DNA of 64,000 bases from Malacoraja senta (lineage: Eukaryota), in assembly GCA_038087875.1 (NCBI GenBank), contig JAXLNO010000655.1, forward strand, positions 62,001 through 126,000, read 5' to 3'. The first letter of the stretch is position 1. Each line of letters begins with the position of its first letter. The position numbers were made by a program, and so were the translations under genes. Of the stretch, positions 61,455-64,000 are shown one piece after another. The notes under the pieces were generated by a model that did no database searches, was not told the DNA's origin, and was given only the letters and a program-made list of their open reading frames with translations.

Positions 61455-61870
61455 TTCTGGACCTATATTCACTGGAATTTAGAAGGATGAGAGGGTATCT
61501 TATAGAAACATGTACAATTCTTAAGGGATTGGACAGGCTAGATGCAGGAAAAATGTTCCTGAAGTTGGGGGCGTCCAGAACCAGGGGTTACAGTTTAGGA
61601 ATAAGGGGTAGGCCATTTAGGACTGAGATGAGGAAAAACTTTTTCACCCAGAGAGTTGTGAATCTGTGGAATTCTCTGCCACAGGAGGCCAATTCACTGG
61701 ATGTATTCAAGAGAGAGTTAGGTATAGCTCAGGATGAATGGAATCAAGGGATATGGGGAGAAAGCAGGAACGGGGTACTGATTTTGGATGATTAGTCATG
61801 ATTATATTGAATGGCAGTGCTGGCTCGAGGGGCCTAGTGGCCTATTCCTGCACCTATTTTCTATGTTTCT
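61455..61870 (+). mobile_element. CR1 LINE 3' fragment
   Basis: LYSLEFRRMRGYLIE...RKNFFTQRVVNLWNSLP plus 3' UTR. Confidence 0.85.
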
Positions 61871-62995
61871 GGTTAAATTTCCAGATGTGTGCATAGGAAC
61901 TTTGGCCAATCCAAAACCTCCTGCAAGTTTAACATTATTTCCATTTCCTATTCAATGCAGCTTCCAAATCTCAGATTTATCTTTTGCTTTATTAGTGTAG
62001 TTTAGTTTAGAGATACAGCGTGGAAATAGGTCCTTCGTCCCACAAGTCCATGGCGACCAGCGATCACACGCACCTTGCCTTGGTAAATTGCCCCTAATGT
62101 GGGGGGTGTGGATGAGAAAGTGGGATAACATAGAACCAGAACTTTTCCAAATCAGGTGATCGATGGTCAGCATGGACTCAGTGGGCCTGTTTCCATGGTG
62201 TATCTTCAAACTAAACCAAATTAAACATTCTTTGATTCTTGAAACAAGGAGCTACAGAGGTTGGTTTACAAAGGAAAACGGCACACACTGATGGAGTAAC
62301 CCAGCGGTTCAGGCAGCATCTTTGGAGAGCATGGCTAGGTGACATTATTCATTATGTCACCTATCCATGTTCTCCAGAGATGCTGCCTGACCCACTCAGT
62401 TACTCCGGCACTTTGTGTCATTTCTTGGCTTTCCCAATACCATTTCTGAAGAAGGGTTTCGACCCGAAATGTTGCCTATTTCCTTCGCTCCATCGATGCT
62501 GCCTCACCCCCTGAGTTTCTCCAGCATTTTTGTCTACCTTTGATTTTCCAGCATCTGGAGTTCCCTCTTAAACATCTTAACCATTTCCTTCTGCTTCTTT
62601 CTCCCAGGTTTCTTTATCCCAGCAACCTTTCCAAGGCATTCTCAACCACCCACTGTGGCAGAAAGTTCCATATGCAACGGGAAAAAAGAGCTGTTTATTG
62701 AATTTAATTCCTGATGGAGTTTCTGCTTCCCAAGTGGAATACTCTCCTCTACATGTACCGGATCAAATGTTTCAGGTCAGAACTTAGCCCAACCATTGTC
62801 CCAACCATCCCCCTAATGTTGCCTAGTTCCTTCGCTCCATAGATGCTGCTGCACCCGCTGAGTTTCTCCAGCATTTTTGTCTACTTTCGATTTTCCAGCA
62901 TCTGCAGTTCCTTCTTAAACCCCTAGGTTTGGGTACCATTCCTGGACACCTTCGTTGTACTTCCTCAGGTGCCTCTGAAACCCTTTCAACAATAG

Positions 62996-63300
62996 AGCGG
63001 CACGTTGGCGAAGCAGTAGAGTTGTTGCCTCACAGCACCAGAGACTCTGGTTCGATTCTGACTACAGCTGCTGTCTGTACGGAGTTTGTACGTTCTCCCC
63101 GTGACCTGCGTGGGTTTTCTCCGAGATCTTCGGTTTCCTCCCACACTCCAAAGACGTCCACGGTTGTAGTTTAATTGGCTTGGTACAAATGTAAAATTGG
63201 CCCTATTGTGTGTAGGGTGGTGTTAACGAGCGGGGATCGCTGTTCGGTGCGGACTTAATGGGCCTGTTTCCGCATTGTATCTCTAAACTAAGCTAAACTA
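62996..63300 (+). mobile_element. V-SINE (HE1-like)
   Basis: Full copy with (CTAAA)n tail. Confidence 0.85.
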
Positions 63301-64000
63301 ATACGGAGAAAAGAACAATGTGCAGAGCAGTTTCAGCCTTTGCATAATCATAGCGAATTAAGTTCTGTAGCACGTTGAGTGTTGAAGACCAACTGTCCAT
63401 CTTTGAACTTGAGAATATCCCTGAAGGCCAGATTGAGATTTGGAACAAATTGGAACATCTTACAGAGGATACCTTACAGTGGAAATGTAGGTCTCGGCAA
63501 AATCCAACTGGGAGGTTGTGGCATTTGCAGCAGATGGCTTATGAATATTAATTCTGTTTCAACCCACTTATATCCCTCACTGTATTATTACACCTTTCAT
63601 AAACGACAACACAATTCAATAATACATGGGATTTCATCTTCCCAGATAAAACTAATCTCATTCATTATTTTAATTAATACTTTGCTAGATGATGCCTGTC
63701 TCTTTATTGTGTCGAGTAGATAACATAGTTGATGTTCAGAAGAGATGAATAATTCTGTTAATTTTGCTTAAGAACGTTTCTATTCCAACCATTAAATTAA
63801 GAAAATAAAACAATTGAATGAACCATAATGTGCTTCATGAAATTAAACTTTGGATATTAATTAGGCAGAAAATATTGACTAATACCCATTCCAAGCCGTG
63901 CAACAATGAAACATCTACATGTTAGGGCTGAATATGAAGATTGAGGTTAATGTGAAGATACATTTGTCTGAACAATAAAATATCTTCAATATCTTGCATA

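Noticed and set aside
63371..63550. Open plus-strand frame TLSVEDQLSIFELENIPEG...AYEY*
   Set aside because: No recognisable family, weak acceptor, no upstream plus-strand exons found.

Overview
Eukaryotic, repeat-dominated vertebrate DNA, most likely a cartilaginous fish (skate/ray; inferred from HE1/V-SINE-type SINEs with CR1 tails, Penelope repeats and fish-type L1). Host-gene content is small: coding exons 1-2 of an olfactomedin-like gene (probably OLFML1, - strand, 6038->422, continuing off the left edge) and a probable last coding exon of synaptotagmin-9 (- strand, 54607-54539). Between them lies a nest that can be resolved to the base. A DIRS1-type tyrosine-recombinase retrotransposon (15535-32960) is split in gag by a Gmr1-type Gypsy LTR element with PR-IN-RT-RH order (16395-28976). 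That Gypsy is in turn split by a full-length L1 (21240-27392) and a 434-bp 3' fragment of the same L1 family. A second DIRS copy (37236-42021) lies 4.3 kb downstream. Both DIRS copies show ITR/ICR ends, an ATT crossover core, and splice signals at matching positions. The rest is CR1, Rex1/Babar, SINE and Penelope debris (with hammerhead-like cores and fold-back units), a hAT-like MITE with an internal tandem array, a Harbinger MITE and a possible Helitron. There is no CRISPR array or prokaryotic system. I cannot support a wholly new biological system here; the best leads are mechanistic hypotheses about DIRS splicing/integration and Penelope fold-back units. All alignments were done by eye and family names come from remembered motifs, not database searches.
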